From positions 64,001 to 128,000 of the forward strand of contig JBGAIQ010000003.1 in assembly GCA_044225365.1 (NCBI GenBank): a DNA stretch of 64,000 bases. Direction: 5' to 3'. The position numbers and the translations under genes were made by a program. Positions within the stretch are counted from its first letter, which is position 1, and each line of letters starts with the position of its first letter. Positions 1 to 9,868 of this stretch are shown piece by piece. The DNA is from Planctomycetota bacterium. Lineage in GTDB: Bacteria > Planctomycetota > B15-G4 > JADJEK01. A model generated the notes under the pieces. It was not told where the DNA came from. It did no database searches and was given only the letters and a program-made list of their open reading frames with translations.

Positions 1-1133
1 TACTCCGCGATCTCCTCCGGCTTGGGTCGCGGTGTCGCGAGCATCGACGCCACCGTCTCCGTCGGAGCATCTTGGATCGCGGCGATGCGAGCCTGCAGTT
101 TCTCGAGGTCGTCCGGAGCACCGAAGCCGTCGATCGACCAGGCGAGCAGTTTCTTCGCCGCCGCACGATCGCTCTCCGCGATCGCGTCGTCGAGCGTGCG
201 TCGCAGCTCACCGACCGGCGGCGGAATCGGCGCGCCGTAGCGTTCGGCCACGCGCTCATACCGCGCGATGAATCCGACGCTTCCTTCGTCGTTCTCCCAC
301 TCGACCGCCGAGAAATCGCGAAAGAGGCGCTTCAAGCCACGCAGGATCCCGGGCATCACGAGCGATTCGTGACGTTCGTCGTCGAGCCGATCGCGCACCA
401 GCACCGATCCCTCCGGCGCGACCTCCTCGAACGCACTCCAATCCTCGTCGCTGAATCCGAACTTCTTCTCGATCGAGACGAATCGCAGCGGGAGTTTCGG
501 GTTCGCCTTCGCGCGCTCGATCACGTGGCGCGCGAGCCACGAATCATCGAGCTGCATCGGTGCGTCGAGAGCGAGGATCCACGAGAACACATCGGGCCGG
601 GAAGCGCAGGCATGGGTCGCGAGGATTCCCCCGTGAGAGTGTCCGATGAGCACGCGCGGCGTCGCGACGCGGAGACTCGATTCCAGTACGGGCACGAGTT
701 CGTCGGCGAGGAATCGCACGTAGTCGTCGCCGCGCGCCTCCTTGCCGATTCCGGGAATGCTCATCGAATTCGGCGTGAAATCGGCCCGCCGGTCCATGCC
801 GCGGATCGCCACGAGAACCGCCTCGGGGATCGCGCCGGTATCCGCGAGCTCCGCCGCGCAGGCGGCGAGGATCGGATCGTAGTACTCACCGTCGAGCAGG
901 ACGAAGAGCGGATAGCGGCGCGTCGTGGACCCGTACGACGGCGGCGTGGAGACGTAGAGTTCGACGTCCGCGCCGAGCACCTTCGAATGCACGCGGTAAG
1001 CTGCTTCCTTCCAACCGTACTTCGGGATCGAAACCGCTGGAGCGGGCACGAGGCCGCTCTCCGTCGCCATGGCCGGCGCGGCGGTGAGGACCGCGAGGAG
1101 GATGGATCTCGAGAGGCTTCGTTCGCTCGTCAT
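1..1133 (-). CDS. Secreted alpha/beta-hydrolase (IroE/Fes-like putative esterase); 3' end at or beyond the window edge
   Basis: Absent from the ORF track because no stop is visible. Manual translation from ATG 1133: MTSERSLSRSILLAVLTAAPAMA (signal-peptide-like) ...YPLFVLLDGE...RRADFTP...FLADELVP...LIGHSHGG (GxSxG nucleophile elbow)...HES. Confidence 0.8.
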   Translation of the reverse strand, partial: MTSERSLSRSILLAVLTAAPAMATESGLVPAPAVSIPKYGWKEAAYRVHSKVLGADVELYVSTPPSYGSTTRRYPLFVLLDGEYYDPILAACAAELADTGAIPEAVLVAIRGMDRRADFTPNSMSIPGIGKEARGDDYVRFLADELVPVLESSLRVATPRVLIGHSHGGILATHACASRPDVFSWILALDAPMQLDDSWLARHVIERAKANPKLPLRFVSIEKKFGFSDEDWSAFEEVAPEGSVLVRDRLDDERHESLVMPGILRGLKRLFRDFSAVEWENDEGSVGFIARYERVAERYGAPIPPPVGELRRTLDDAIAESDRAAAKKLLAWSIDGFGAPDDLEKLQARIAAIQDAPTETVASMLATPRPKPEEIAE

Positions 1134-1297
1134 TCCAGGTTCTTTCGTCAAGAGGTCGCGGACTGCCGTTGTAGATTGTCCGCTGGCGGCCAAGCGTTGC
1201 AGTCACGGATCGGATTCGCAAGAAATCGGCGTCACGCAGGGCTGAATCCAACACGCGCATCGAAGCCGTCGTTTGGGGCGAAGAACCGGAGCTCGAC

Positions 1298-2200
1298 ATG
1301 ACCGCTCACGACGACTCGCAGCGCGATGGCTCTTCACCCTGGACCGACGAAGACGTCGCGCGACTCACCGCCCTCGCCCGCAGCCTGCTGCGGGACACCT
1401 CGATCGGCGCCGACGACGTCGTCGCCGAAGCTCTCGCGATCGCTTTCGCATCGCGCGATCGTCGGACTCCGGGGCCCGCGGGTCCGTGGCTCCGAGGGAT
1501 CGTTCGCAACGTCATCCGCAATGCGATGCGCGGCGAGCGGCGGCGGCGCGATCGGGAGCGCAACTCCGCCCCACGCGAGACGAACGACGCCGACGACGGT
1601 GACCCATCGCGGATCGCCGAAGCGAATGAAACCGCGGCGCGGATCCGGCGCGCCCTCGCACACCTCGATCCACCGCAGAAACGGATCCTACACACGCGCT
1701 ACTTCCTCGACCGCGCTCCCCACGCGATCGCCCGCGATCTCGGCCTGCCGGCGGCGACGCTGCGCAGCCGACTCTCGCGCAGTCTCGAGGATCTGCGACG
1801 CGCGCTTTCCTTCGGTTCGCGGGACTCGCGGGATTCGCGACGCGAGGGAACGAAGGCGCGCGGACTCCTGTTCTTCCTCCCTCGCATCGCGGCCGCCACG
1901 CTCCTGACGCTGGGAACGCTACGCCTCGTTCCTCCCGGCGGCGAGTCGCCCGGGCATTCCGCGAACGGCGCGTCACCGCGCCGCGAGCTTGCGGCGGAAC
2001 GCACTCCGGAGGCACCGCACGCCCCCGATCTCGCGACGACCGGAAGCGGGATGAAACGACGGAGTCCCTTCGGTCCTCCGCCGTCGCCCTCGAGCGAAGA
2101 GGAGCTGCGAAGGCTTCCGCGAAAGCACGCCGCGGCCGAAGCCGCGCAGCCGGGCGAACTCGCGAAGGCCGAAGGGTCTCCCGGGAAGGGCGAGAAGTAG
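1298..2200 (+). CDS. ECF RNA polymerase sigma factor with C-terminal hydrophobic segment and low-complexity tail
   Basis: Region 2 (ADDVVAEAL...GPWLRGIVRNVIRN) and region 4 (LAHLDPPQKRILHTRYF...IARDLGLPAATLRSRLSRSLEDLR), followed by LLFFLPRIAAATLLTLGTL. Confidence 0.8.
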   Translation: MTAHDDSQRDGSSPWTDEDVARLTALARSLLRDTSIGADDVVAEALAIAFASRDRRTPGPAGPWLRGIVRNVIRNAMRGERRRRDRERNSAPRETNDADDGDPSRIAEANETAARIRRALAHLDPPQKRILHTRYFLDRAPHAIARDLGLPAATLRSRLSRSLEDLRRALSFGSRDSRDSRREGTKARGLLFFLPRIAAATLLTLGTLRLVPPGGESPGHSANGASPRRELAAERTPEAPHAPDLATTGSGMKRRSPFGPPPSPSSEEELRRLPRKHAAAEAAQPGELAKAEGSPGKGEK

Positions 2201-2372
2201 GTTACAATCCGGTCGAACCTGCGCACCCGCCCCTCGTTCTGGCGACGCGCGTTCGTCCTCGTCGGGTCCAACGTCGTTGGTCGGGGGAAGTTTCGCGAGC
2301 GATCACCGATCGCTGCGACGAACGCGTCTGGTGCGAAACAAGAGCCGTTCACCCCATCAACCGGGAGCCGTC

Positions 2373-4274
2373 ATGGATCTGGGTCTCTTCCGTCGTCGTC
2401 CTTCGCGCGTGGCCGCTGCTTCCTTGGCGATCCTCGGCGGCGCACTCCTCCTGTCGCAGGATGCGAGCGCTCAGCCTCCATCGAACTGGACGACGATCTC
2501 CCCGGTGCCGAGCACGACGAGTTCGATCGGGACGACCGTGACGTACCAGACTCCGGGGCAGGTCCACCTGTACTCCGGCATCACGAAGCAGTGGACCACC
2601 GTCAACGTCGCGGGTCCGGATTCGGTCTTCCAGGCGAACGATTACGTCGTCATCAAGGATGGCACGGCGCTCCACGCCTTCGCGTCGCATCGCGGAACGG
2701 TCGAGACGATCACGACGAGCGGTGGTCCGATCATCGTCAGCGGCCCCTCGTCCTCGTCCTGGGTAACGCTCGTGGCCGATGGCACGCAGGCCTGGGGCTT
2801 TGGCGCCTTCCGCGGCGTGTGGGAGCCTCTCACGCTCACGCAGCCGAACCCGACCATGGTGTCGACGCGCCTCATCGGTCTGCTGAAGGACGGCTCGACG
2901 GTCTACGGTTTCAACGCGCACTACGGGACGTTCGTCCCGGTCGCCGCGGATCTCGCCGCAACTCTCAACGTGGTCGGCGAAGCCGAGGTCGGCACGGCGC
3001 ACAGCCCGAGCGTATTCCGCGCGTTCTCAGCGCAGCAGAACACGTGGGGTGTCCAGAACGTCGCGAGCACGGCGAACGCGCTGCTGCAGAATGAATTCGC
3101 GATGGTGACGAACGGCAACACCGTCACGGCCTTCTCGGGGATCTCGGGGACGTTTGCGAGCTACACGGCAACGACCTCGATCGGGACGATCGCGAATCAA
3201 GAAGGCGTCGCCGCTTTCTTCGACGGATCGGATGCCGTGGCCTATGCGGTCGGTCCGGGTGCGTTCAGCAAACGGCCCGCGGCGGCCGGATCGCAGTTCG
3301 TGCTCGACTACCACTTCGCGATGCTCGTCGAACCGACCGCGATCACTCCGTTCTCGTCGATCCTCGGCGGCTTCGGTCCGACGCTGACGGGATCGTATTC
3401 GATCTTCACGAACGACGACGTCGGGTTCGCCGACGGCCCGACGGCGGACTTCGGATACAGCCCGATCCTGAACGCCTGGACCCAGGCGCCGCCGGTAACG
3501 GCGCTCTCGAGCGCGGTGCTCGTGCGCAGTGCAGCGGTCATTCCGACCAACACCGGCTACATCGCATTCTCGTCGCGTCATGGCACGTGGGTACCGCTCG
3601 TGTCGAGCCTCACGGGCAACTTCCTTGCTCCGACGACGGGTGCGACGTTCGTCGCCTTCGACAATGGCGGAACGACGGCGAGCGTGTTCGATGCGCGACT
3701 CAACCGCTGGGCGACGATCGATGGACAAGGCCCGCTCACCGCGAAGATCTCGCGTCACACCCTCGTCGCCAATGACGGAGTGTTCGGCTACGGCTTCAGT
3801 CAGCCGACAGGCGAATGGGACGTCATCCCGATCAACAACGGTCTCGTGTCGATGGAGGTCTCGAGTTCGGTCGCCACGATCAAGACGGGCACGGACTTCT
3901 CGGTCTACTCGGCGCAGGGCTCGTTCTCGTACACCGGTCGTTATCCGGAGTTCACGCAGGCGATCAACCTCGGCAACACGTTGAAGCTGCATCAGGTTGC
4001 CCCGGCCGGCAGCGCTCTGATCCTGATGGTCGGCGTCGCCCCGGCCCGCATCGACCTTGGGCTCTTGCTCGGCAAGCTCTACATCGATCCAAACTTCCTG
4101 CTGACGTATCCGCTCGCCCAGACCGTTGGACCCTCGGGACTGCTCGACATCGCGATTCCCCTGCCGCAATCGCCGACCCTCGTCGGTCTCCGCCCGCAGC
4201 TGCAGAACGTGGTGTTGCCGCCCTTCGGCGCTACGCCCTGGCTCTCGACCTCCGTCGCGCCGATCCTCTTCTGA
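2373..4274 (+). CDS. Secreted repeat protein (probable beta-propeller) with a C-terminal beta-sandwich-like domain
   Basis: ATG 2373 follows GGGAG; signal peptide ends ...QDASA-QPP; about 13 repeats of roughly 40 aa with core [AG][FY]Sxxx[GN]x[WF]. Confidence 0.7.
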   Translation: MDLGLFRRRPSRVAAASLAILGGALLLSQDASAQPPSNWTTISPVPSTTSSIGTTVTYQTPGQVHLYSGITKQWTTVNVAGPDSVFQANDYVVIKDGTALHAFASHRGTVETITTSGGPIIVSGPSSSSWVTLVADGTQAWGFGAFRGVWEPLTLTQPNPTMVSTRLIGLLKDGSTVYGFNAHYGTFVPVAADLAATLNVVGEAEVGTAHSPSVFRAFSAQQNTWGVQNVASTANALLQNEFAMVTNGNTVTAFSGISGTFASYTATTSIGTIANQEGVAAFFDGSDAVAYAVGPGAFSKRPAAAGSQFVLDYHFAMLVEPTAITPFSSILGGFGPTLTGSYSIFTNDDVGFADGPTADFGYSPILNAWTQAPPVTALSSAVLVRSAAVIPTNTGYIAFSSRHGTWVPLVSSLTGNFLAPTTGATFVAFDNGGTTASVFDARLNRWATIDGQGPLTAKISRHTLVANDGVFGYGFSQPTGEWDVIPINNGLVSMEVSSSVATIKTGTDFSVYSAQGSFSYTGRYPEFTQAINLGNTLKLHQVAPAGSALILMVGVAPARIDLGLLLGKLYIDPNFLLTYPLAQTVGPSGLLDIAIPLPQSPTLVGLRPQLQNVVLPPFGATPWLSTSVAPILF

Positions 4275-4309
4275 TCGAGCTTCGAGTCGGCACGGACCTC
4301 GAGCCTTCG

Positions 4310-5100
4310 TTCTCACGGGCAGCGGCCACGCTTGCGTCGACCTTCGCGCGTCGTTTCGTTGGCAGCGATCCGGTGTTTGCCGCATCGGGCCACGGAGGTC
4401 GGGAGACTTTGATAGGGGCCGACTCCGGGGTCCAGGCGAACGAGATCGCGCTCCACGCAACGGACGGCCCCTCTTGCGTCCTCTGCTCTTCTCCGGCCTT
4501 CGTGGTCCTCCTCTGTCCTCCGTGGTCCTCCGTGAGAAACGATCGACTTCGCCCTCACGGACAGCGGCGGCGCTCGCTTCTGCATTCTGTGCACTCGCAG
4601 GGACGGATCCGGAGTTTGCCACGGAGGGCCACAGAGGTCGGAGGAGGACCACGGAGGGCAGGAAACATCAATAGGGGCCAACTCATTCGTCCAGGCGAAC
4701 GAGATCGCGATCCACGCAGCGGACGGCCCCTTTTGCATCCTCTGCTCTTCTCCGGCCTCCGTGGTCCTCCGTGAGAAACGATCGACTTCGCCCTCACGGA
4801 CAGCGGCGGCGCTCGCTTCTGCATTCTCACGTGCACTCGCAGGGACGGATCCGGAGTTTGCCACGGAGGACCTCAGAGGTCGGAGGAGGACCACGGAGGG
4901 CAGGAAGCATCAAAAGGAGCCGTCTCGGGGGTCTCTACGAACGCGGTTGCCGAAGAGGCTTCGAACGCATCGCGTAATGCGGACCGCCCCTTTTCTGACT
5001 TCGCTCTTCTCCGGCCTCCGTGGTCCTCCTCTGTCCTCCGTGGTCCTCCGTGAGAAACGATCGACTTCGCCCTCACGGACATTGGCCACGCTCGCTTCGA
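4310..5100. repeat. Tandem array of ~260-bp units with long internal inverted repeats (REPIN/BIME-like)
   Basis: Near-identical units start at 4431 and 4690; a partial third copy lies at ~5003-5098 and a degenerate copy at ~4310-4425. Arm CTCCGTGGTCCTCC...CTCCGTGAGAAA pairs with TTTGCCACGGAG...GGAGGACCACGGAG. Sits between convergent genes. Confidence 0.85.
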
Positions 5101-5150
5101 GGTCGTCCCCGGGGTCGTGATGGAACGGGGTGCGGACTTCGCCCGAAGGA

Positions 5151-5879
5151 TCAGAGCTTCGCGCGCGTCTGCTTCGGGAGGGGTTCGGGCTTCGACGCGA
5201 AGACGTTGAACTTCAGGATCGCCCAGATCGCCGCGAAGCCGTCCTTCCAGCCGATCTTCTTCCCTTCCGCGTAATCACGGCCGAAGTAGTTGATCGGCAC
5301 CTCGTACACCCGGCAGCGCAACGCGGCCACCTTTGCGGTCAGTTCGGGTTCGACGGCGAAACGGTTGCTCTCGATCTTGATCCGATCCGCGACCTCGCGG
5401 CGGAAGACCTTGTAGCAGGTCTCCATGTCCGACAGGTTCAGGTTGGTGAACATGTTCGACAGCGTCGTCAGACCCTTGTTCACGACGTAGTGCCAGAACA
5501 AGTGGCAGCGATGCGTCCCGCCCAGGAAGCGTGATCCGAACACCACGTCGGCATTGCCGTCCTGGATCGGCTTGATCAGGATCCCGTAGTCGTCCGGCGT
5601 GTACTCGAGATCGGCGTCCTGGATGATGACGATCTCGCCCGCGACCTTCGAGAACCCGGTGCGCAGCGCTGCGCCCTTCCCCTGGTTCACTTCGTGGTAG
5701 AAGACCCGAACCTCGCAATCGGTTCGCTTCAGCCCGGCGAGGACGTCGCGCGTCCCGTCCTTGCTGCAGTCATCGACGACGATGATCTCCTTCTCGAACG
5801 GAGTCGACGCCACCTTGTCGATCACGGCCAGCACCGTGTCGCGTTCGTTGTAGACGGGAATGACGATCGACAGCTTCAT
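5151..5879 (-). CDS. Glycosyltransferase family 2, polyprenol-phosphate glycosyltransferase (DPM1-like)
   Basis: MKLSIVIPVYNE, VDDCSKDGT, NQGKGAA, IQDADLEY, VFGSRF, DMETCYK motifs. Confidence 0.92.
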   Translation of the reverse strand: MKLSIVIPVYNERDTVLAVIDKVASTPFEKEIIVVDDCSKDGTRDVLAGLKRTDCEVRVFYHEVNQGKGAALRTGFSKVAGEIVIIQDADLEYTPDDYGILIKPIQDGNADVVFGSRFLGGTHRCHLFWHYVVNKGLTTLSNMFTNLNLSDMETCYKVFRREVADRIKIESNRFAVEPELTAKVAALRCRVYEVPINYFGRDYAEGKKIGWKDGFAAIWAILKFNVFASKPEPLPKQTRAKL

Positions 5880-5949
5880 CCAGGAATCTCGGTTTCGCGC
5901 GAAACGATAACGGATCGGCGCGTCGGAATCAGGAACACGCAAAAAAACT

Positions 5950-7116
5950 TCAACGCTTCGGAGCCGCCTCGCTCTCGAACAGCTCATCGAGTCCGAACAG
6001 CTTGACCAGCTCCTGCTGCAGATCTCCGAAGTCCTCGGCCTTCTCGGCCACCCAGAAGGGATCCTTGAAGAGTTTCGTGATCTCGGCGTCGGTCCGCTTT
6101 CGATGGGATTGGATCCACTTTCGCTTCTGGATGAGCGGCGGCAAGTGCGTCGCGAAATCGTTGATCGCGAGGATGTCGGCGAGGCCGGCCATCCGCACGC
6201 TCGCCGACTGCAGCTTCGCCTGCCCGCGCACCTTCAGATTCGCGAAGCGACCGGTCTTCAACCCACGATTGCCGTGCATCGTGAAGTCGGCCTCGTCGAG
6301 CGAGAGCAGGTATTTCGTGCGCCGCAGCGTGAGCAGGAGCGCCGCCGGCAATGCGCGCTTCAGGTTCTCGTCGTCGTAGTTCTTGAAGATCGTGTAGAGC
6401 GGATTGCGGATCTGCAGCAGGCGAATTCGATGCACGTCGACGCGACCCGACGTCGCGGAATGATGGTGGTAGCAGATCGACGAGGGCACGTAGAGCACCC
6501 GCTCTCCGATCACCCACAGTCGCCAGCCGAGATCGACGTCTTCGTAGTACGCGAAGTAGTCGTTGTCGAACCCGCCGCATTCGAGATGCAGCTTGCGATC
6601 GATCGCCATCGCTCCGCCGCAGGCGAAGAGCGTCTCGCATGGATCCTGATACTTCGCGACGTCGGCGTCGTTCATCCCGACCTGACAGCCGATGCCGTAG
6701 AAGTTCATTCCGCCACCGGCGTAGTTCACGACCTTCCCGTCCCATGACAGGATGAGCGAACCGGTACAGCGCGCCTTGCCATCGACGATCGGTCGCACGA
6801 GTTCCGTGAGCCAAGTGGGCTCGACACGCATGTCGTTGTTGAGGAACGAGACGATCGGTGCGCGACTCGCATCGGCGCCCTGATTGCATGCCGGCGCGAA
6901 GCCCGTGTTCTCCGCGTTCTGAACGATTTTGACTCGCGGGTACTTCTTCCTCGTGTAATCGACCGAACCATCCACCGAGCCGTTGTCGACGAGGACGATC
7001 TCGACCTCGCCGGGATAGGCGAGTCGATTGAGCGACTCGAAGCAGCCATCGAGGTGGTGCTTTCCGTTCCAGTTCGGGATGACGACCGCGGCGTCGGGGA
7101 GGCTGTTCTTCATCAT
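5950..7116 (-). CDS. Glycosyltransferase family 2 (WbbL/GT2_like type)
   Basis: VVIPNWNG, VDNGSVDGS, NTGFAPACN, FLNND, YYEDVDLGWR. Start moved to the ATG pair at 7116/7113. Confidence 0.9.
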   Translation of the reverse strand: MMKNSLPDAAVVIPNWNGKHHLDGCFESLNRLAYPGEVEIVLVDNGSVDGSVDYTRKKYPRVKIVQNAENTGFAPACNQGADASRAPIVSFLNNDMRVEPTWLTELVRPIVDGKARCTGSLILSWDGKVVNYAGGGMNFYGIGCQVGMNDADVAKYQDPCETLFACGGAMAIDRKLHLECGGFDNDYFAYYEDVDLGWRLWVIGERVLYVPSSICYHHHSATSGRVDVHRIRLLQIRNPLYTIFKNYDDENLKRALPAALLLTLRRTKYLLSLDEADFTMHGNRGLKTGRFANLKVRGQAKLQSASVRMAGLADILAINDFATHLPPLIQKRKWIQSHRKRTDAEITKLFKDPFWVAEKAEDFGDLQQELVKLFGLDELFESEAAPKR

Positions 7117-7132
7117 GTTCGTTCCTCGCCCC

Positions 7133-9868
7133 TCATCCCGAGCCACCGTCACGCCGCGGGGCGTTGGTGCGTTCGATCGCGATATCGGAGAATCGCAGAT
7201 GATAGGCGCCGCCTCCCGGTCCCGAGATGCGACTCCTCACCGCGATTCGATTGCGACCCTTCTTGAGGGTCACCGGTGCGTAGTGCTCGTCGCAACGAGC
7301 TTCGGTGCTTCCGGGAGTCGGCGGGATTCGCAGAACCGTCGCACCGTTCACGACGACCTCGCCGCCGAGCACGACTTCGTTCTCGCCGCGGAAGTGCTGG
7401 GTCCGGAATCGCAGGTCGGCCCGAATCGCCTCGCCGGTCTCGAACTCGTAGAGAACGCTCCCGCCGCTCCGGTGGCCGTTGGAACCCGGGCGAATGAGGA
7501 CGACGTCCTCACCCTGTTTCTCGACGGGGCCTCGACTCGCCTGGAACGCGTTCGCTCGCAAGTGCCACAGGTCCTTGTGCGCGAGGTGCAAGCCGATCGC
7601 CTGGCGATACTTGATCTCCATCTCCGCTGCATTCTCGTCTACGGTCTTCACGGCTGGGGCCCGCGCCGCGATCTTCCCCGCGAGTGACTCGTCGGCGAGG
7701 AATCGTTCCATGACGGACGCGAGATGGATCGAATCGCCGGGTCGGAAGCGCATGCCGCCTGCGCCGTCGGTGACGAGGTCCCGCATGCCGCCAAGGTCGG
7801 AGACCAAGACCGGTATTCCGGCCTGGAACGCCTCGTGGATCGCGAGCGGTGAGTTCTCGTACCAGATCGACGGCACCACGAGGACGTCGATCGCCCCGAG
7901 CACCTCGCCGAGCCGTTTCGGATCGTACTTGCCGTGGAACGTGAGGCCGCCGCGCGTGACCGATCGCTCGATGCGCGCGCGAGTCTCCTTGAACTCCGGC
8001 AGGCCCTCGGTGTCGCCGTAGATATGGAGCTCGGCCCGCGGGTCCGTGATTCTCTGGAACGCGTTCGCGAGCGTCTCGAGGCCCTTGTACCAGACGAGCG
8101 AACCGATGAACCCGAAGCGCACTTCGTCGCCCTTCTTCGGCAGGCGGCGGTAGCTCTCGAGCCAGCCCGTCTCCATGCCGTAGTCGGAGACGATGAGCCG
8201 CTCCTTCGGGATGCCGGCCTCGATCATCTTCTGCTTCAGGAACGGAGATGGCGCGATGATGAAGTCCGCCGAGAGGAGTTCCTCGTTCATCGTCGCCGCG
8301 CGCTTCACCACGTTCGAGACGTCGGACGCGAGCTTCCGGAACCACTTCGGGTTCTTCTTCACGAGCGCGACGTAGCGGTTCGCGAGCGAGGTGAGCCACG
8401 ACCGGAACGGGCGCGACACCGCTCGCGCCCAGCCGATGTGCTGCGGCTTGTCGGCGACGCACGCGGCGCATCCAAGGATCGGCGGCTTGCCGGAGCACAG
8501 CTTCTGATCCGGACGGATGAGCTGCACACGCGGGCAACGCATCCAGAAATCGTTGAGCGTGACGATCGTCCCGATGCCCATCTCGCGGCAGATCCGCGGG
8601 AGGGTGGCCGAGAGATGGATCATGTGCTCGAAGTGCACGACGTCCGGCTTCTCGCGAGCGAGGACTTCACGGAATCGCGACTCGACGAAGGGGTTGGCGT
8701 ACGTCTCTTCGATACTGCGGAATTGGAAGTGGTTCGCGATCTGGATCACTCGCAGGCCGTCGTAGGACGAATCGCGCAGCGAGTAGTTCGGCAACGTCGA
8801 ATCGCCGGTGCGGTGCATCACGACGACTTCGTGTCCGCGGCGAGCGAGCGCCTTCGCGAGCGAGAGAGTGAGCACCTCGGTGCCGGCGTACGTCTCGGGC
8901 GGAAATCCGTGGACGACGAACAGGATCTTGTGCTTCGTGCTGTTGACCGCTCGCGGCGCCAGCAGACGGTCCTTGGTCCGACTGCCCTCGACGAATCCCT
9001 GGAACTCGAGGAAGTGATACCAGTAGCTGAGCAGCGAGAGCTTCCAGCGCTTCCACCGCGAGACACCTTGCTCGCGAAGGAAGTGCCGATCGGACTTCGC
9101 GACCCGTTCGGTCATGATGAAGACGTCGCGCTGGCGGCGGATGCAGATGCGATCGAGATACGCTCGATTCAACCAGGCATCGATTCGAGTCCGCTTGCGC
9201 AATGTGCTGGCGTCGTACTCGTGCGAGTGCACGACCGGCGAGTCCGGATCGAACACGATCTTGTAGCCGGCTTCGACCGCCGACTTCGCCCACAGGAGAT
9301 CTTCGCCGAACTGGACGCGGGCGTAAGGCAATCGCTCCCATACCGAGCGTCGCATTGCGGACGCCACGTCGTTGTAGTTGATGAAGATCCGCCGCTCGAG
9401 CGAGTCCATGGCGAGGTACTTCGCGACGTCCTGGATCTGACTCTCCGTTCGATACTCGGAGAAGCACAGGTCTCCGTGCACGCCTTTGAGGACGAGGAGA
9501 CCGGCCGTCGGACGAGGCACGATGCGGCAGGTCACGCCCGCGACGGACGGATCGCTGAAGTTCCGGATGAGTCGGCGCAGCCAATCGCGACGGAGCGGAT
9601 ACGCGTCCTGGACGAGGAACACGATGAAGTCACCGTCGGTGAGCATCGCGCCGAGATTGCGTGTGTCGCCGTGATCGAACTCGCTCTGCCGGATCGTGAC
9701 GAGCCGCACGGGGAATCCGCGCACGATCTCCCGGGTGCGATCGCTCGACGACGAATCGATGACGAGCACTTCGACTTCGAAGTCGACGTGCTGTGCGAAG
9801 ACACCGCGGAGGCACTCTCCGACTTCGTCCTCGCCCTGCCAGGTCGGGATGACGATCGAGACTTTCAA
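7133..9868 (-). CDS. GT2-GT4 fusion glycosyltransferase with a C-terminal CBM-like beta-sandwich
   Basis: N-terminal GT2 (SIVIPTW, IDSSSSD, FDHGDTRN, QDA, GEDLLWA); central GT4 (HGFPPETYAGTE, PSIWYENSPLAIHEA); tail ...VTLKKGRNRIAV. TTG start overlaps the upstream stop. Confidence 0.88.
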   Translation of the reverse strand: MKVSIVIPTWQGEDEVGECLRGVFAQHVDFEVEVLVIDSSSSDRTREIVRGFPVRLVTIRQSEFDHGDTRNLGAMLTDGDFIVFLVQDAYPLRRDWLRRLIRNFSDPSVAGVTCRIVPRPTAGLLVLKGVHGDLCFSEYRTESQIQDVAKYLAMDSLERRIFINYNDVASAMRRSVWERLPYARVQFGEDLLWAKSAVEAGYKIVFDPDSPVVHSHEYDASTLRKRTRIDAWLNRAYLDRICIRRQRDVFIMTERVAKSDRHFLREQGVSRWKRWKLSLLSYWYHFLEFQGFVEGSRTKDRLLAPRAVNSTKHKILFVVHGFPPETYAGTEVLTLSLAKALARRGHEVVVMHRTGDSTLPNYSLRDSSYDGLRVIQIANHFQFRSIEETYANPFVESRFREVLAREKPDVVHFEHMIHLSATLPRICREMGIGTIVTLNDFWMRCPRVQLIRPDQKLCSGKPPILGCAACVADKPQHIGWARAVSRPFRSWLTSLANRYVALVKKNPKWFRKLASDVSNVVKRAATMNEELLSADFIIAPSPFLKQKMIEAGIPKERLIVSDYGMETGWLESYRRLPKKGDEVRFGFIGSLVWYKGLETLANAFQRITDPRAELHIYGDTEGLPEFKETRARIERSVTRGGLTFHGKYDPKRLGEVLGAIDVLVVPSIWYENSPLAIHEAFQAGIPVLVSDLGGMRDLVTDGAGGMRFRPGDSIHLASVMERFLADESLAGKIAARAPAVKTVDENAAEMEIKYRQAIGLHLAHKDLWHLRANAFQASRGPVEKQGEDVVLIRPGSNGHRSGGSVLYEFETGEAIRADLRFRTQHFRGENEVVLGGEVVVNGATVLRIPPTPGSTEARCDEHYAPVTLKKGRNRIAVRSRISGPGGGAYHLRFSDIAIERTNAPRRDGGSG

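Noticed and set aside
72-1301. 409-aa plus-strand ORF and the many other long antisense or alternate-frame ORFs (e.g. 7934-9988, 37187-39226, 59959-62709)
   Set aside because: They are shadow ORFs of high-GC coding sequence: Arg/Ala-rich, without motifs, and overlapping well-supported genes.
4310-5100. CRISPR array, or coding ORFs, in the repeat region
   Set aside because: The sequences between repeats are themselves repeated rather than unique spacers, the unit is about 260 bp, and no cas genes are present. The ORFs here are translations of the repeat.
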